Source: an uncultured Acidobacteriota bacterium
Lineage (GTDB): Bacteria; Acidobacteriota; Thermoanaerobaculia; Gp7-AA8
Assembly: GCA_963741955.1 (NCBI GenBank)
Contig: CAVUKB010000006.1
Location: 352,001 to 416,000 of the forward strand
Reading direction: 5' to 3'
DNA length: 64,000 bases
Both the position numbers and the translations under genes were made by a program. Below are positions 1-8,954 of this stretch, piece after piece (position 1 is the first letter of the stretch; every line of letters starts with the position of its first letter). The notes beneath the pieces are model-generated. The model was given only the letters and a program-made list of their open reading frames with translations. It was not told the origin of the DNA and made no database searches.

Positions 1-16
1 TCATTCTTCATTGACA

Positions 17-273
17 ATGCCGCCTACGTCCCCGCCGGAGAGCTTCCGCGGCTGCTCGACATGCCGGAGACGCTGCTCGGCATCGTGACGTTCGGCGATG
101 ATGCGGTGCGGATCGATGGGGTGCCTCACGCACACGTCTCGATGCCCTTTCTCGCCGGCGAACCGCTGGTCGAGGTCTGGCGCAGCGGCGAGCCGATCCG
201 CCAGGGCCGCGAGGGTCAAATCCGATTCGCCGCGAACGCGCACGTCGTCTTCGGCGTCGCGACCGCGAGCGCC
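17..273 (+). pseudogene. Partial duplicate (257 bp) of the chorismatase-like gene at 3906-4925
   Basis: Matches 3964-4220 directly with 5 mismatches (126, 162, 192, 196, 213). Similarity stops abruptly at both ends and the frame ends at 345. Confidence 0.9.
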
Positions 274-479
274 AGCCGGTCCTTCGCTGGACGCCGGAAG
301 AGAAGTGAGCGATCCGGGCAGGCTCTCCCTCTGCCCGGCATCTGACCCACCAGGATGGAGTGAAACCGGAGAGTCCGAAGCGCATCAGCTCATTCAGCTC
401 GAATCCAGTGTCTGGCCGCGCGTGCGTCCGGACGGCGATGGAAGGCGTAGCAGTCTCCTACGCCCCTCATCGGAGCGTA

Positions 480-1307
480 CTACTCGAGGTCCGGAAGGAC
501 GACGGTGACGTGCTGCGTGACGTCACTCGTCACAGTCACCACCGCCCAATACGGAACGTCATCGGACGGTGGGATCACCTCAATTCCGGCGGTTGCCGGC
601 AGCGTCTCGGCGGGAATGCCGGCGGTCAGGGAATGATTCGCCGTATACCATGGAAACGCCCAATCGATGTCGCTGCTACAGTTCGAACCATTCGCCCATA
701 TCCACGGCAAGGTCAGGGCTCGAATCGTTCTTCCCGAGGCTGCGTCGAATAACCGCACCGTGAACTGCCGTGGATCGTCGCATGAGCGCTCGGTAAATCG
801 GTAGATCCGAATCGATTGTCGGAACCCCGGGGCTATCGGGATCGGGGCGAACCAGGTTTCTCCTCGAATGAGATCGCTCTCCCGCACGACTGGAATCGAC
901 GTTCCCCACGTAGTTGTCGCCCGCGAGGAGTCCTGCACACGGAGAGAGAACCAGACTTTTGTCGCGATGCCCCGCCTCACGTACAGCAGGCGTGCGGGCA
1001 GGGCGTACGACCAAGCTCTAGCATCTGGACGCATCTCCGTCGATGCACCAGGCGCCAGATACCGTGCGTTGCCGCAGGGAATCGACACGCATTCGATGGC
1101 TTCCCCGGACACGTCGAGATAGATCGACAATGGTCGGTCCAGCCCGTTCGTGACCCACAAGACGGAACTCCAGTTCGAGCCGAATCCTCCCGGGACGTCA
1201 TAATACACCGCGGGCACGAGGACAACCTCCGTGTCCGATTCGACTGCATAGATCCCCCTCCACATGAAAGCAACAATGAGCGATATGAGGATTGTACGAG
1301 CGGCCAT
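480..1307 (-). CDS. Secreted hypothetical protein
   Basis: Long ORF with a signal-peptide-like start (MAARTILISLIVAFMW) and a 'VPGGFGSNWSSVLWVTN' motif. Lies 13 bp downstream of the subtilase gene. Start inferred. Confidence 0.7.
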   Translation of the reverse strand: MAARTILISLIVAFMWRGIYAVESDTEVVLVPAVYYDVPGGFGSNWSSVLWVTNGLDRPLSIYLDVSGEAIECVSIPCGNARYLAPGASTEMRPDARAWSYALPARLLYVRRGIATKVWFSLRVQDSSRATTTWGTSIPVVRESDLIRGETWFAPIPIAPGFRQSIRIYRFTERSCDDPRQFTVRLFDAASGRTIRALTLPWIWANGSNCSSDIDWAFPWYTANHSLTAGIPAETLPATAGIEVIPPSDDVPYWAVVTVTSDVTQHVTVVLPDLE

Positions 1308-1320
1308 GACAAACTCCACC

Positions 1321-2808
1321 CTAATTACAAGGGCGCGTTCGTGCCAATTTGATCGCGCCCGCATGCAACGGGTCTTGGGTATTGGCGAGGATTTGTGAAT
1401 ATGTCTGCAATTCGTTCCACACGTCGCCGGGACTCAGGTTCGTGTCGTGCGCAAGTAGCTGAGCAACGAGCCCGCTTACGATGGCCGCGGAGAAAGAGGT
1501 CCCGCTCATCGTATCCTCGATGTCACGGAATGTGCTCGAACCCACGAGATTGGCTGATCGGATATTGTGACCTGGAGCATAGATGTCGACGCACTGTCCG
1601 TAGTTAGAACCGGGATCGTTCAGTGAGCAACTCTCAGGGTGGTTCGGATCGGGCGGATGCTGGCAATCCCATCGGATGTCCGAATTCCGAACTGCACCAA
1701 CGGATATGGCGTGCGAAGAATATGCCGGGTTGCCCCAAGCCATTCTCGAAGGCGAGTAGCCACAAGCGCTCTGATTCTTGTTATTCGCCGATGTGACAAC
1801 CGTAATTCCATTCCATGGTCCGCAGACAGGCCGTCCGCAGCTTCCGCCCTGGGTGACGCCCGTGACCACGTATTCGAACGCACTAATCAATGGATCATTA
1901 GTGGGAACCCAAAAGCTAATATTCACGACGGCGTCTTCGCCATTCTGCCGATAAGGGTTATTCGGACTGACGATCCAATCTAGTCCCCAGCACACCCACT
2001 CGGTTGTGATAATGACATTTACCAGGTCTGAACCGCTTTGGCGAGGACAGGTCCCGATCTTGACTGGAACGATGCTTGACTCCGGAGAGACGCCAACGGT
2101 GTTGCCGGCGATCAAGGAGGCGATCGACGTCCCGTGGCCGCCGTTGTTGGCCTGCAAGAACTTTAGACCAGCGGTTTCAGAATCAGTCCAGTCTCCACAC
2201 GGGTTCGTCCCAACGTCGCCCAAGCTTGGATTGTCTGGATCAGGATACCAATCCAAGGCATCGGTAAACGCGACTCCAGGCAGAACCTTTGACGATCCGT
2301 CCGGGCGCTGGAATTCGTTGTGATGCTTCGACACGCCCGTATCGACGACGTAGACGTAGACCCCGGCGCCCTTGTTACAGAACGTGTACTTACCGTCGAG
2401 CCCGATGGGATCAATCCGGTCCAGATGCCACTCGTCGGTGTTCACGAAGTCCGACGGTTCGACATAGCCGTTCTCCTCCACCACGACCACTTGCGGATTG
2501 CGCGAAAGCGCGCGCGCCTGCTGTTCAGTCATGTCCACGGAAAAGCCATTTGCGGCGCTTACCATCGTGCGTCGGACGTGCCCCTCATGCTGCGCCGCCA
2601 GTTGCTGCGCGACGGCCTCCACCGACCACGCAGGAATGGACCGATCTAGGATGACGATGTACTGGCCCTTGATCGGGTGTACCGCCCGTTTGAAGTGTTC
2701 TTCCGTTCCGTCCGCCCGTGCCGTACCGACGACGAGAAGGAGCAGTGGCAATACGGCGGCAATCTTACTCCATATGCACAGGTTTCGTCCCGAAAGAATG
2801 TACGTCAT
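1321..2808 (-). CDS. Secreted S8 subtilisin/proteinase K-like serine peptidase with I9 prodomain
   Basis: Catalytic triad motifs VYVVDTG, HGTSIASLIAG and SGTSFSAA; I9-like 'GQYIVIL...NGFSVDM'; signal peptide; GGGAG RBS before the ATG at 2808. Confidence 0.93.
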   Translation of the reverse strand: MTYILSGRNLCIWSKIAAVLPLLLLVVGTARADGTEEHFKRAVHPIKGQYIVILDRSIPAWSVEAVAQQLAAQHEGHVRRTMVSAANGFSVDMTEQQARALSRNPQVVVVEENGYVEPSDFVNTDEWHLDRIDPIGLDGKYTFCNKGAGVYVYVVDTGVSKHHNEFQRPDGSSKVLPGVAFTDALDWYPDPDNPSLGDVGTNPCGDWTDSETAGLKFLQANNGGHGTSIASLIAGNTVGVSPESSIVPVKIGTCPRQSGSDLVNVIITTEWVCWGLDWIVSPNNPYRQNGEDAVVNISFWVPTNDPLISAFEYVVTGVTQGGSCGRPVCGPWNGITVVTSANNKNQSACGYSPSRMAWGNPAYSSHAISVGAVRNSDIRWDCQHPPDPNHPESCSLNDPGSNYGQCVDIYAPGHNIRSANLVGSSTFRDIEDTMSGTSFSAAIVSGLVAQLLAHDTNLSPGDVWNELQTYSQILANTQDPLHAGAIKLARTRPCN

Positions 2809-3016
2809 GATCAAAATCTCCCTTGCTTTTGTAGCGATGCGTTTCCGTGCGACCGGATCTGGTGAGCGTGACGAGACCGGTCCACATCGAAGTCGGAGCC
2901 AACCGCTCGCGGCCCTTCAGATTGACCAGACTCCTTGAAAGCTGAGCGCACGGTGCCGGGGCCGATCGGCCCGGATTAGCTTCGTCTTGTGACCTTCAAA
3001 TGTAGCGCGGGATATT

Positions 3017-3448
3017 TCATTCGGCTAGATGACATTTTGTGCGCTTCGCACACTGCGAAAGCCGACGACCTTTCGATGTCGCTCTGAGGGGGCGCGCGGC
3101 CGACGCGCTGGCAAGGCACCGATAGCAGGTTGGCGACTGACCCGAACCGGAAAGAAAGGCACGGAAGAACGTACGAATGCGCTCGTATCCACACGACCTA
3201 GCGATGCTGGCCGTCGGCGTCGTGGACCAACGAAGCATGCGGCGAGCACGCACGAACTGGCGGCGCTCGAGGTATGCCGATACGGTGAGCCCATGCCGTC
3301 GCTTGAAGACGCAATTCAGCGTGAATCGCGAGAGCGCCGTTCTCGCGGCAACCTCGTCGACTCGGGGGGCACGCTCCTCCCGAAAGCACTCACGAAGATA
3401 GCGGTCGATAGTTCGCCTCAGAGTCTCTCGGGGACACGTGTTGTCCAT
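3017..3448 (-). CDS. AraC-family HTH regulator (DNA-binding domain only)
   Basis: 'VDEVAARTALSRFTLNCVFKR...ARRMLR...IARSCGYE...FFRAF...GQSP..YR' double-HTH signature. Confidence 0.85.
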   Translation of the reverse strand: MDNTCPRETLRRTIDRYLRECFREERAPRVDEVAARTALSRFTLNCVFKRRHGLTVSAYLERRQFVRARRMLRWSTTPTASIARSCGYERIRTFFRAFLSGSGQSPTCYRCLASASAARPLRATSKGRRLSQCAKRTKCHLAE

Positions 3449-3905
3449 ACCATGGAGTGCTCGGGGAGGAGCAAATCGGTACCCTGGAACGCGTTACGGT
3501 TCGGTGACGATCCAGTGCGGCGCTCTGTTCGAGTTGACCGAAGATGTCAAGGAAGCTGAAACGTACCTCCCGCGTCGTCCGCCGTTCTCGTCCCCGACCT
3601 CGACCTTCTGGGCTCCCGCACGATCAGCTATACTCCCCCGGGGATCAGCGCCGGGCCGAGCGCCGCAGCGATTTGACTGGGTCCGCCGGCGTGGGTTGAA
3701 GGGACGGACCACCGGATCGACTGCATCATAGACGGCGAGCGCTCGTTCAGCCGTTCATCGTCATGAAATCGACCACCTCGGCACCTGGCGGGCGGCGTGC
3801 TGCGTCTGAGCACGTCGCGGTATTCTTGCTCGAGCCCTGTCGAACATCGAGGTCGCATCTCGCCAGCAGGTCACGAATGCAGGTTCGCGTCAAAGAGGAC
3901 CGGAA

Positions 3906-4925
3906 ATGAGCGCCGCGACGCGTGAGGGGCTGCCGCACGGGGCCGCAACCGCTCTCGCGATCGATGCCGCCTACGTCCCCGCCGGAGAGCTTCCGCGGCT
4001 GCTCGACATGCCGGAGACGCTGCTCGGCATCGTGACGTTCGGCGATGATGCGGTGCGGATCGATGGGGTGCCCCACGCACACGTCTCGATGCCCTTTCTC
4101 GCCGGCGAGCCGCTGGTCGAGGTCTGGCGCAGCGGCGAACCGGTCCGCCAGGGCCGCGAAGGTCAAATCCGATTCGCCGCGAACGCGCACGTCGTCTTCG
4201 GCGTCGCGACCGCGAGCGCCGAGCCCTCTCGTCTGACGGCGTCGGCCGAAAAGCTCTACCGCGACATCCTCCGGTTCACGGAAAAGAAGGGCTATCCCCA
4301 CTTCCTCCGAATGTGGAACCACTTTCCCCGGATCAACTCCACTGACGTGCCGGAAGGAAATTACCAGGCTTTCTGCGTCGGACGCCACGACGGGTTCGCC
4401 TCCGCGCATCACGATTTCGAGCGCGAGCTCCCCGCTGCCAGCGGAGTCGGAACGTCGGCCGGCGACCTCGTGATCTATTTCATCGCGTCGACGACGCCGG
4501 GGATCCATCTGGAGAATCCCCGCCAGGTGAGCGCGTACCACTATCCGCGGCAGTACGGGCCCAGGAGCCCGTCTTTCGCGCGCGCGACGAAGAAAAGATG
4601 GCACCACGAAACGCAGCTTTTCGTTTCAGGAACTGCGAGCGTCGTCGGGCACGAAAGCCTTCACCCGGGCGACGTCCGGATGCAGACGCTCGAGACCCTG
4701 GAGAACATCCGGATGGTCTTCGCCGCGGCGACGAACGAGCGGATCGAGCGATGGCCGGCCGGCGCGCTGGTGAAGAGCTACCTCCGCCGTCCCGAAGAGC
4801 TGGCCCTCGTGCGGGAAATCGTCGTCTCGGAGTTCCCTCCGGACACACGGCACATCTTCCTCCATGGCGAGATCTGCCGGCCGGAGCTGCTGGTGGAGAT
4901 CGAAGCGATTCTCCGCTGGAAGTGA
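3906..4925 (+). CDS. FkbO/Hyg5 chorismatase-like (pteridine-dependent deoxygenase-like, RidA-fold) protein
   Basis: Motifs 'LRMWNHFPRIN', 'YQAFCVGR', 'ENPRQVSAYHYPRQYGPRSPSFARA', 'FVSGTASVVGH' and 'EICRPELLVEIE'. Confidence 0.88.
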   Translation: MSAATREGLPHGAATALAIDAAYVPAGELPRLLDMPETLLGIVTFGDDAVRIDGVPHAHVSMPFLAGEPLVEVWRSGEPVRQGREGQIRFAANAHVVFGVATASAEPSRLTASAEKLYRDILRFTEKKGYPHFLRMWNHFPRINSTDVPEGNYQAFCVGRHDGFASAHHDFERELPAASGVGTSAGDLVIYFIASTTPGIHLENPRQVSAYHYPRQYGPRSPSFARATKKRWHHETQLFVSGTASVVGHESLHPGDVRMQTLETLENIRMVFAAATNERIERWPAGALVKSYLRRPEELALVREIVVSEFPPDTRHIFLHGEICRPELLVEIEAILRWK

Positions 4926-5034
4926 CCGGGAGAGCGTGTCGCTCACCGCGCGATTCGTCGCTGTCACCAGGAGCCGGCACGGCTTCCGCCGTGCCGCCGC
5001 GGCAGAAGCCGCGGCGCCCCACGGTCTCCGCTCC

Positions 5035-5643
5035 TCATCTCCTCGCGATGCGTCGTCCTTCCGCCTCGCCTTCTTTCAATGCCACCACCACGTAACGCAA
5101 CGGTCCTCCGGGAACGAGCGCGTCGAACGGATAGCAGGTGATCAGAGTGATGCGCGACGGGCCGGACTGCCGAAGCAGCTCGATGTGGCTCTTGTTCACC
5201 ACGCGCGTCTCGATGACGTGATAGGTACCGATCACACCATCGCTGGACTGAAGCTCGAGCCGGTCACCGGTCGCGAGATCTTTCAGCATCCGGAATTGTG
5301 TGTCGCGGTGCCCGCTGATCACGCAGTTGCCGCTCTCCCCGGGCATTGCGGTCCCGTCGATGTGTCCCGGCCCGAATGCCATGGTGCGGCCGCTCGCACC
5401 GGAGAGGACGATGAAGTTCACGTTCCGGCCGGGGATGCGCAGCCGGGCAATGGGCCAGGTGTCGGCCCACGGCCACGGCCGCGCGTCCCGCACTCCGCGC
5501 AGCGACTGCTGCCACGAACGTTCGAGCAGGACCTGCGCGAACCGCGCCTTGACGAAGATCCATCCGCCGCGGCCCGCCAGTGCGAACCCGATGAGAGCGA
5601 TGACGATGACCACGATGGATCCGGATGTGATTCTTCGTCTCAT
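5035..5643 (-). CDS. Class GN (Gram-negative/marine-type) sortase
   Basis: N-terminal TM, 'PWPWADTWPIARL', 'SGHRDT', catalytic 'TLITCYPF' and a downstream Arg. Confidence 0.93.
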   Translation of the reverse strand: MRRRITSGSIVVIVIALIGFALAGRGGWIFVKARFAQVLLERSWQQSLRGVRDARPWPWADTWPIARLRIPGRNVNFIVLSGASGRTMAFGPGHIDGTAMPGESGNCVISGHRDTQFRMLKDLATGDRLELQSSDGVIGTYHVIETRVVNKSHIELLRQSGPSRITLITCYPFDALVPGGPLRYVVVALKEGEAEGRRIARR

Positions 5644-5677
5644 GACGTTCCTCCTTTCCCCGGCGCGGCCGGAATCT

Positions 5678-7819
5678 CTACGACTCTTTTCCTTTCCGCT
5701 TTTCGAAGCGTTCTTCTTCGTTGCGCAACGCGACGTGGAGTCCTCCGGCGATGGAAAGGACGATGAACCCGAGAATCAGGAGCAGCGGCGCCGGAGTCGC
5801 GGTCTGCGGGAGTGAGCCGAAGATCTTCTCGTACTCCTGTCCTGCGGGAAGGTTCACCGGGACCGGGCGACTGACGCACGCCTCCGGGTGGAAGACGGTC
5901 GGGGTCACGTCTACGGCGACGAGACTGGTGAACTTCGAGACCAGGTGGTGCTGGAGGGCGATCTGCACCACTTCCGGCCGGATCACGTCCTCGCTGACGC
6001 TCCCGCCGACGCGGTCCATCAATGAATCGATCTTCCGTTGCGCCCACAGGGTATCGAGTCCACTGCCGCCCGACCCCCCCTTCAGGGTGAAGATCCGGGA
6101 CCACGGACGATCGCCGATCGATCCTTCGATCGAGACCTGACCGCCGGAGCCATTCAGCTTCGCTACGACCAGCAGCGGCTCACCCGCGTAGAGGTCGGGC
6201 ATGCGATCCGGCCAGACTTCCGCATTGGGATCGTCGAACTGCACCCGCACGTCGCTGAGCACCGGACTCTCGAGTTTCTGAAAGAGCTCGGTCATCTTCG
6301 AGCCGACTTCCTGAGGGCTTCCGATGTAGGTGAAGGTTCCGCGTCCGAACTTCGCTGCGTTCGACATGAACCAGGAATTCGGCGCCGCGCCGATGCCGAT
6401 GGTGAAGAGACGGGAACGTCCGAGATGCCCTTTGATGTAGTCGAAGAGCTCGGACTCGTTACCGACCTGGCCGTCGGTCATGAAGATCACCTGGCGTATG
6501 CCGTCGCTCGGGTCATCATCGTGGAGCGCCATTTCGATGGCGTCCTTCATCTCGGTGCCGCCATTCGCCTGGAGCGACGAGACCCACCGCTTCGCCTGGT
6601 CGACGTTGCGGAGGTCGGCAGCGCGGCTCTCTTCGAAGAGAGCGCGTGCGGTCGAGTTGAACTCGATCACGTTGAACGTGTCCTGCGGTCCGAGCCGGTC
6701 CAGCGCCATCAGAAGCGCGGCGCGCGCCTGCTCGATCGAGGTACCGGACATCGAACCGGAAGTGTCGATCACGAAGACGGTCTCCTTCGGGAGCCGGATC
6801 GCCGGCACGTCCTGAAGTGGCGGCACCAGCATCAGAAGGACGAAATGCTCGCTGGAGCCGCCACTCCTCGCCGCAGTGAGTTGGGAGAAGACTGCCGCTC
6901 TCGGCTCGCTCCCGGGACGCGGCTTCCAGGTCAGTTCGAAATCGTGGTCGGAGACCATCGACGCATCGGCGAGGGTGACGAGATACCTGCCGGCGCCGGT
7001 CATCACCCACTGGACCTTCTGGTACGGACTGTCGATCGAGTCGACCGGAAGACCGGCGTCGAGATCGACCGAAAGCTCGATCGGATTGACCTTTTCTCCT
7101 CCCGGAGGAACGACGGGAGGGGTGATCCTCGATGCATCGGGCACCTGCCCGGTGTTCGCTCCCCATCCGGTTCCCTCCGGACCTCTGGTCGAAGGAGTCC
7201 CGGGGATGTAGCGCGGTGCGACGACGGTCGGGAAGCGGAGGTGGAAGGTCCCCTGATCGTACGTCACGATCTGCTGGTACTCGAGCACCACCTCCACTTC
7301 GTCGTCCGGCATCATGTTCGCGATCGAGGTCGTGAAGATGTTCGGACGCTCCTGTTCGACGAGCGACGCCTTCCTCCCCTCCTGTTTCGCCTGTTCGTAG
7401 ATCTGCTTCGCTTCTGCGCGCTCGTGGATCTGACCTTCGATGGTCCGGTCCCCCACGATCATCCGGAGGTGATCGACCGCAGCGTCTTCCGGGAGCGGGA
7501 AGACATAGACGCCCTCGACGCACTGGTCGACCGGATTGCGGAACTTCTGAGTCACCGTGGCGCGGAGGATCATCCCCTCGACGGTGATGTGAACGGTGGT
7601 CTGCTGTGTCGGCGCGGGAAGGTAGAGACCCGGATGTGCGGTCCGGAGAAGCAGCATTCCATGGGTCACCTGATCCATGGTGATCGGGGCTCCGCTGGAA
7701 GTCTCCTCCCTGGTGACGCCCGTCGAATTTGCGTTCTCCCCCTGGGCGAGCACCGGCACGGCGGCGAGTGCGCCGAGGAGGATCATGGTGAGCAGTGCGG
7801 GATGCAACCGGCTTCGCAT
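5678..7819 (-). CDS. Sortase target protein: VIT + vWA domains with C-terminal LPQTA sorting signal
   Basis: Signal peptide, VIT ('EGVYVFPLPEDAAV'), MIDAS 'DTSGSM' and 'TDG', then LPQTA + hydrophobic helix + basic tail. GGAG RBS before 7819. Confidence 0.93.
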   Translation of the reverse strand: MRSRLHPALLTMILLGALAAVPVLAQGENANSTGVTREETSSGAPITMDQVTHGMLLLRTAHPGLYLPAPTQQTTVHITVEGMILRATVTQKFRNPVDQCVEGVYVFPLPEDAAVDHLRMIVGDRTIEGQIHERAEAKQIYEQAKQEGRKASLVEQERPNIFTTSIANMMPDDEVEVVLEYQQIVTYDQGTFHLRFPTVVAPRYIPGTPSTRGPEGTGWGANTGQVPDASRITPPVVPPGGEKVNPIELSVDLDAGLPVDSIDSPYQKVQWVMTGAGRYLVTLADASMVSDHDFELTWKPRPGSEPRAAVFSQLTAARSGGSSEHFVLLMLVPPLQDVPAIRLPKETVFVIDTSGSMSGTSIEQARAALLMALDRLGPQDTFNVIEFNSTARALFEESRAADLRNVDQAKRWVSSLQANGGTEMKDAIEMALHDDDPSDGIRQVIFMTDGQVGNESELFDYIKGHLGRSRLFTIGIGAAPNSWFMSNAAKFGRGTFTYIGSPQEVGSKMTELFQKLESPVLSDVRVQFDDPNAEVWPDRMPDLYAGEPLLVVAKLNGSGGQVSIEGSIGDRPWSRIFTLKGGSGGSGLDTLWAQRKIDSLMDRVGGSVSEDVIRPEVVQIALQHHLVSKFTSLVAVDVTPTVFHPEACVSRPVPVNLPAGQEYEKIFGSLPQTATPAPLLLILGFIVLSIAGGLHVALRNEEERFEKRKGKES

Positions 7820-7903
7820 GGTCGTTTCTCCTTTCACTCTCCCATTGGAAGTCCGCGTCAAGGCAGGCGAAGGGCAGCGGTGTGGAAAAGCGAAGGAAAG
7901 AAA

Positions 7904-7921
7904 GTGGCGGGATTGTGGCGG
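7904..7921 (-). promoter_or_regulatory. Candidate OmpR/PhoB-type tandem binding site upstream of the sortase-target gene
   Basis: GTGGCGG direct repeat at 7904 and 7915 (11-bp period), about 85-100 bp upstream of the start codon. An OmpR-family regulator is encoded nearby. Confidence 0.45.
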
Positions 7922-7971
7922 AGGGAACGGCACGAGCGCTGCCTTCGACACGACCCTGCCACCCCACAACT

Positions 7972-8612
7972 GGGGTGCAGATCCTCTGATCTGCCGCCAC
8001 AATCGCGTTCGAGCGCAATGGGACCGAGTCGCTGGCAGAGGCGAAGCCGCTCTCGCTCGAATCGCTCGTTCGACCGACGCTCCGCGCTATGCCTCGATCT
8101 CCGTCTCCCTCGGCTTCGACAAGCTTCCCGCGGCGGATCGGAGGAACCGCACCCCTCAACCTGCAGGAGTCCCGAGGGGTGCAGATCCTCTGATCTGCCG
8201 CCACAATCGCGTTCGGGCGCAATGGGACCGAGTCGTCGGCAGAGGCGAAGCCGCTCTCGCTCGAATCGCTCGTTCGACCGACGCTCCGCGCAACGCCTCG
8301 ATCTCCGCTTTTCTCGCCTTCGACACGATCCTCGCGGCGGATCAGAGGATCCGCGCCCCTCAACCTGCAGGAGTCCCGAGGGGTGCAGATCCTCCGATCT
8401 GCCGCCACGATCAAGTTCGTGCCCAATGGGACCGAGCCGCTGGCAGAGGCGAAGCCGCTCTCGCGAAAATCGCTCGTTCGACCGGCGCTCCGCGCAACGC
8501 CTCGATCTCCGTCTCCCTCGGCTTCGACAAGCTTCCCGCGGCGGATCAGAGGATCCGCACCCCTCGGGGTCCACGATCAAGTTCGTGCCCAATGGGACCG
8601 AGCCGCCGACAG
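7972..8612. repeat. REP/REPIN-like tandem array (family A): three 184-bp units with 20-bp linkers, plus a partial core
   Basis: Units start at 7972, 8176 and 8380 (204-bp period). Each is bounded by imperfect 26-bp inverted ends GGGGTGCAGATCCTCYGATCTGCCGC, which contain the palindrome GCAGATC-N4-GATCTGC. Confidence 0.92.
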
Positions 8613-8665
8613 CCATGCGGCTATTAGGCAGTGCTCGCCTGCGTTACCATGTACTCGAGGAGATC

Positions 8666-8863
8666 ATGGTGAAGACCACCCTCAATCTCGATGAACGGGC
8701 GTTGCGCGAAGCGAAGGAGCTCTCCGGAGCGCGCACGAAGACCGAAACGGTCAACGAGGCTCTTCGTAGATTCGTCCACGAGCTGCGCCAGAAGAAACTG
8801 CTCGCCCGTCGAGGCAAGCCCGAAGCGGAAGTGGACGAAGACGCACTCCGCACGCGCCGTTGA
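8666..8863 (+). CDS. VapB-family (RHH) antitoxin, orphan
   Basis: MVKTTLNLDERALREAKELSGARTKTETVNEALR pattern; GAGGAG RBS. Confidence 0.85.
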   Translation: MVKTTLNLDERALREAKELSGARTKTETVNEALRRFVHELRQKKLLARRGKPEAEVDEDALRTRR

Positions 8864-8954
8864 GACTCATCGTCAGACTCGCGCATGATTCGGCCGGCGG
8901 CGCGTGTACCCGGCAGCCGGAGCTGACGGTTCGATGCGGCCGAGGATCGATGCG

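Noticed and set aside
17-4220. Diversity-generating retroelement TR/VR pair
   Set aside because: Mismatches are not confined to adenines of one copy, are mostly silent, and no reverse transcriptase is in the window.
7972-8612. CRISPR array (also considered for 47645-48368 and 62889-63453)
   Set aside because: Intervening sequences are homologous rather than unique, units are about 200 bp or more, and no cas genes are present.
7677-8627. ORF with 68-aa repeats (NRVRAQWD...) from the family-A array
   Set aside because: The 204-bp period keeps frames open. Differences between loci include many non-synonymous changes, and the core is inverted at the second locus, so coding is unsupported.
6038-8863. 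941-aa plus-strand ORF
   Set aside because: Antisense shadow of the vWA gene running through stop-free repeats; only the last 65 aa (VapB, with its own RBS) look real.
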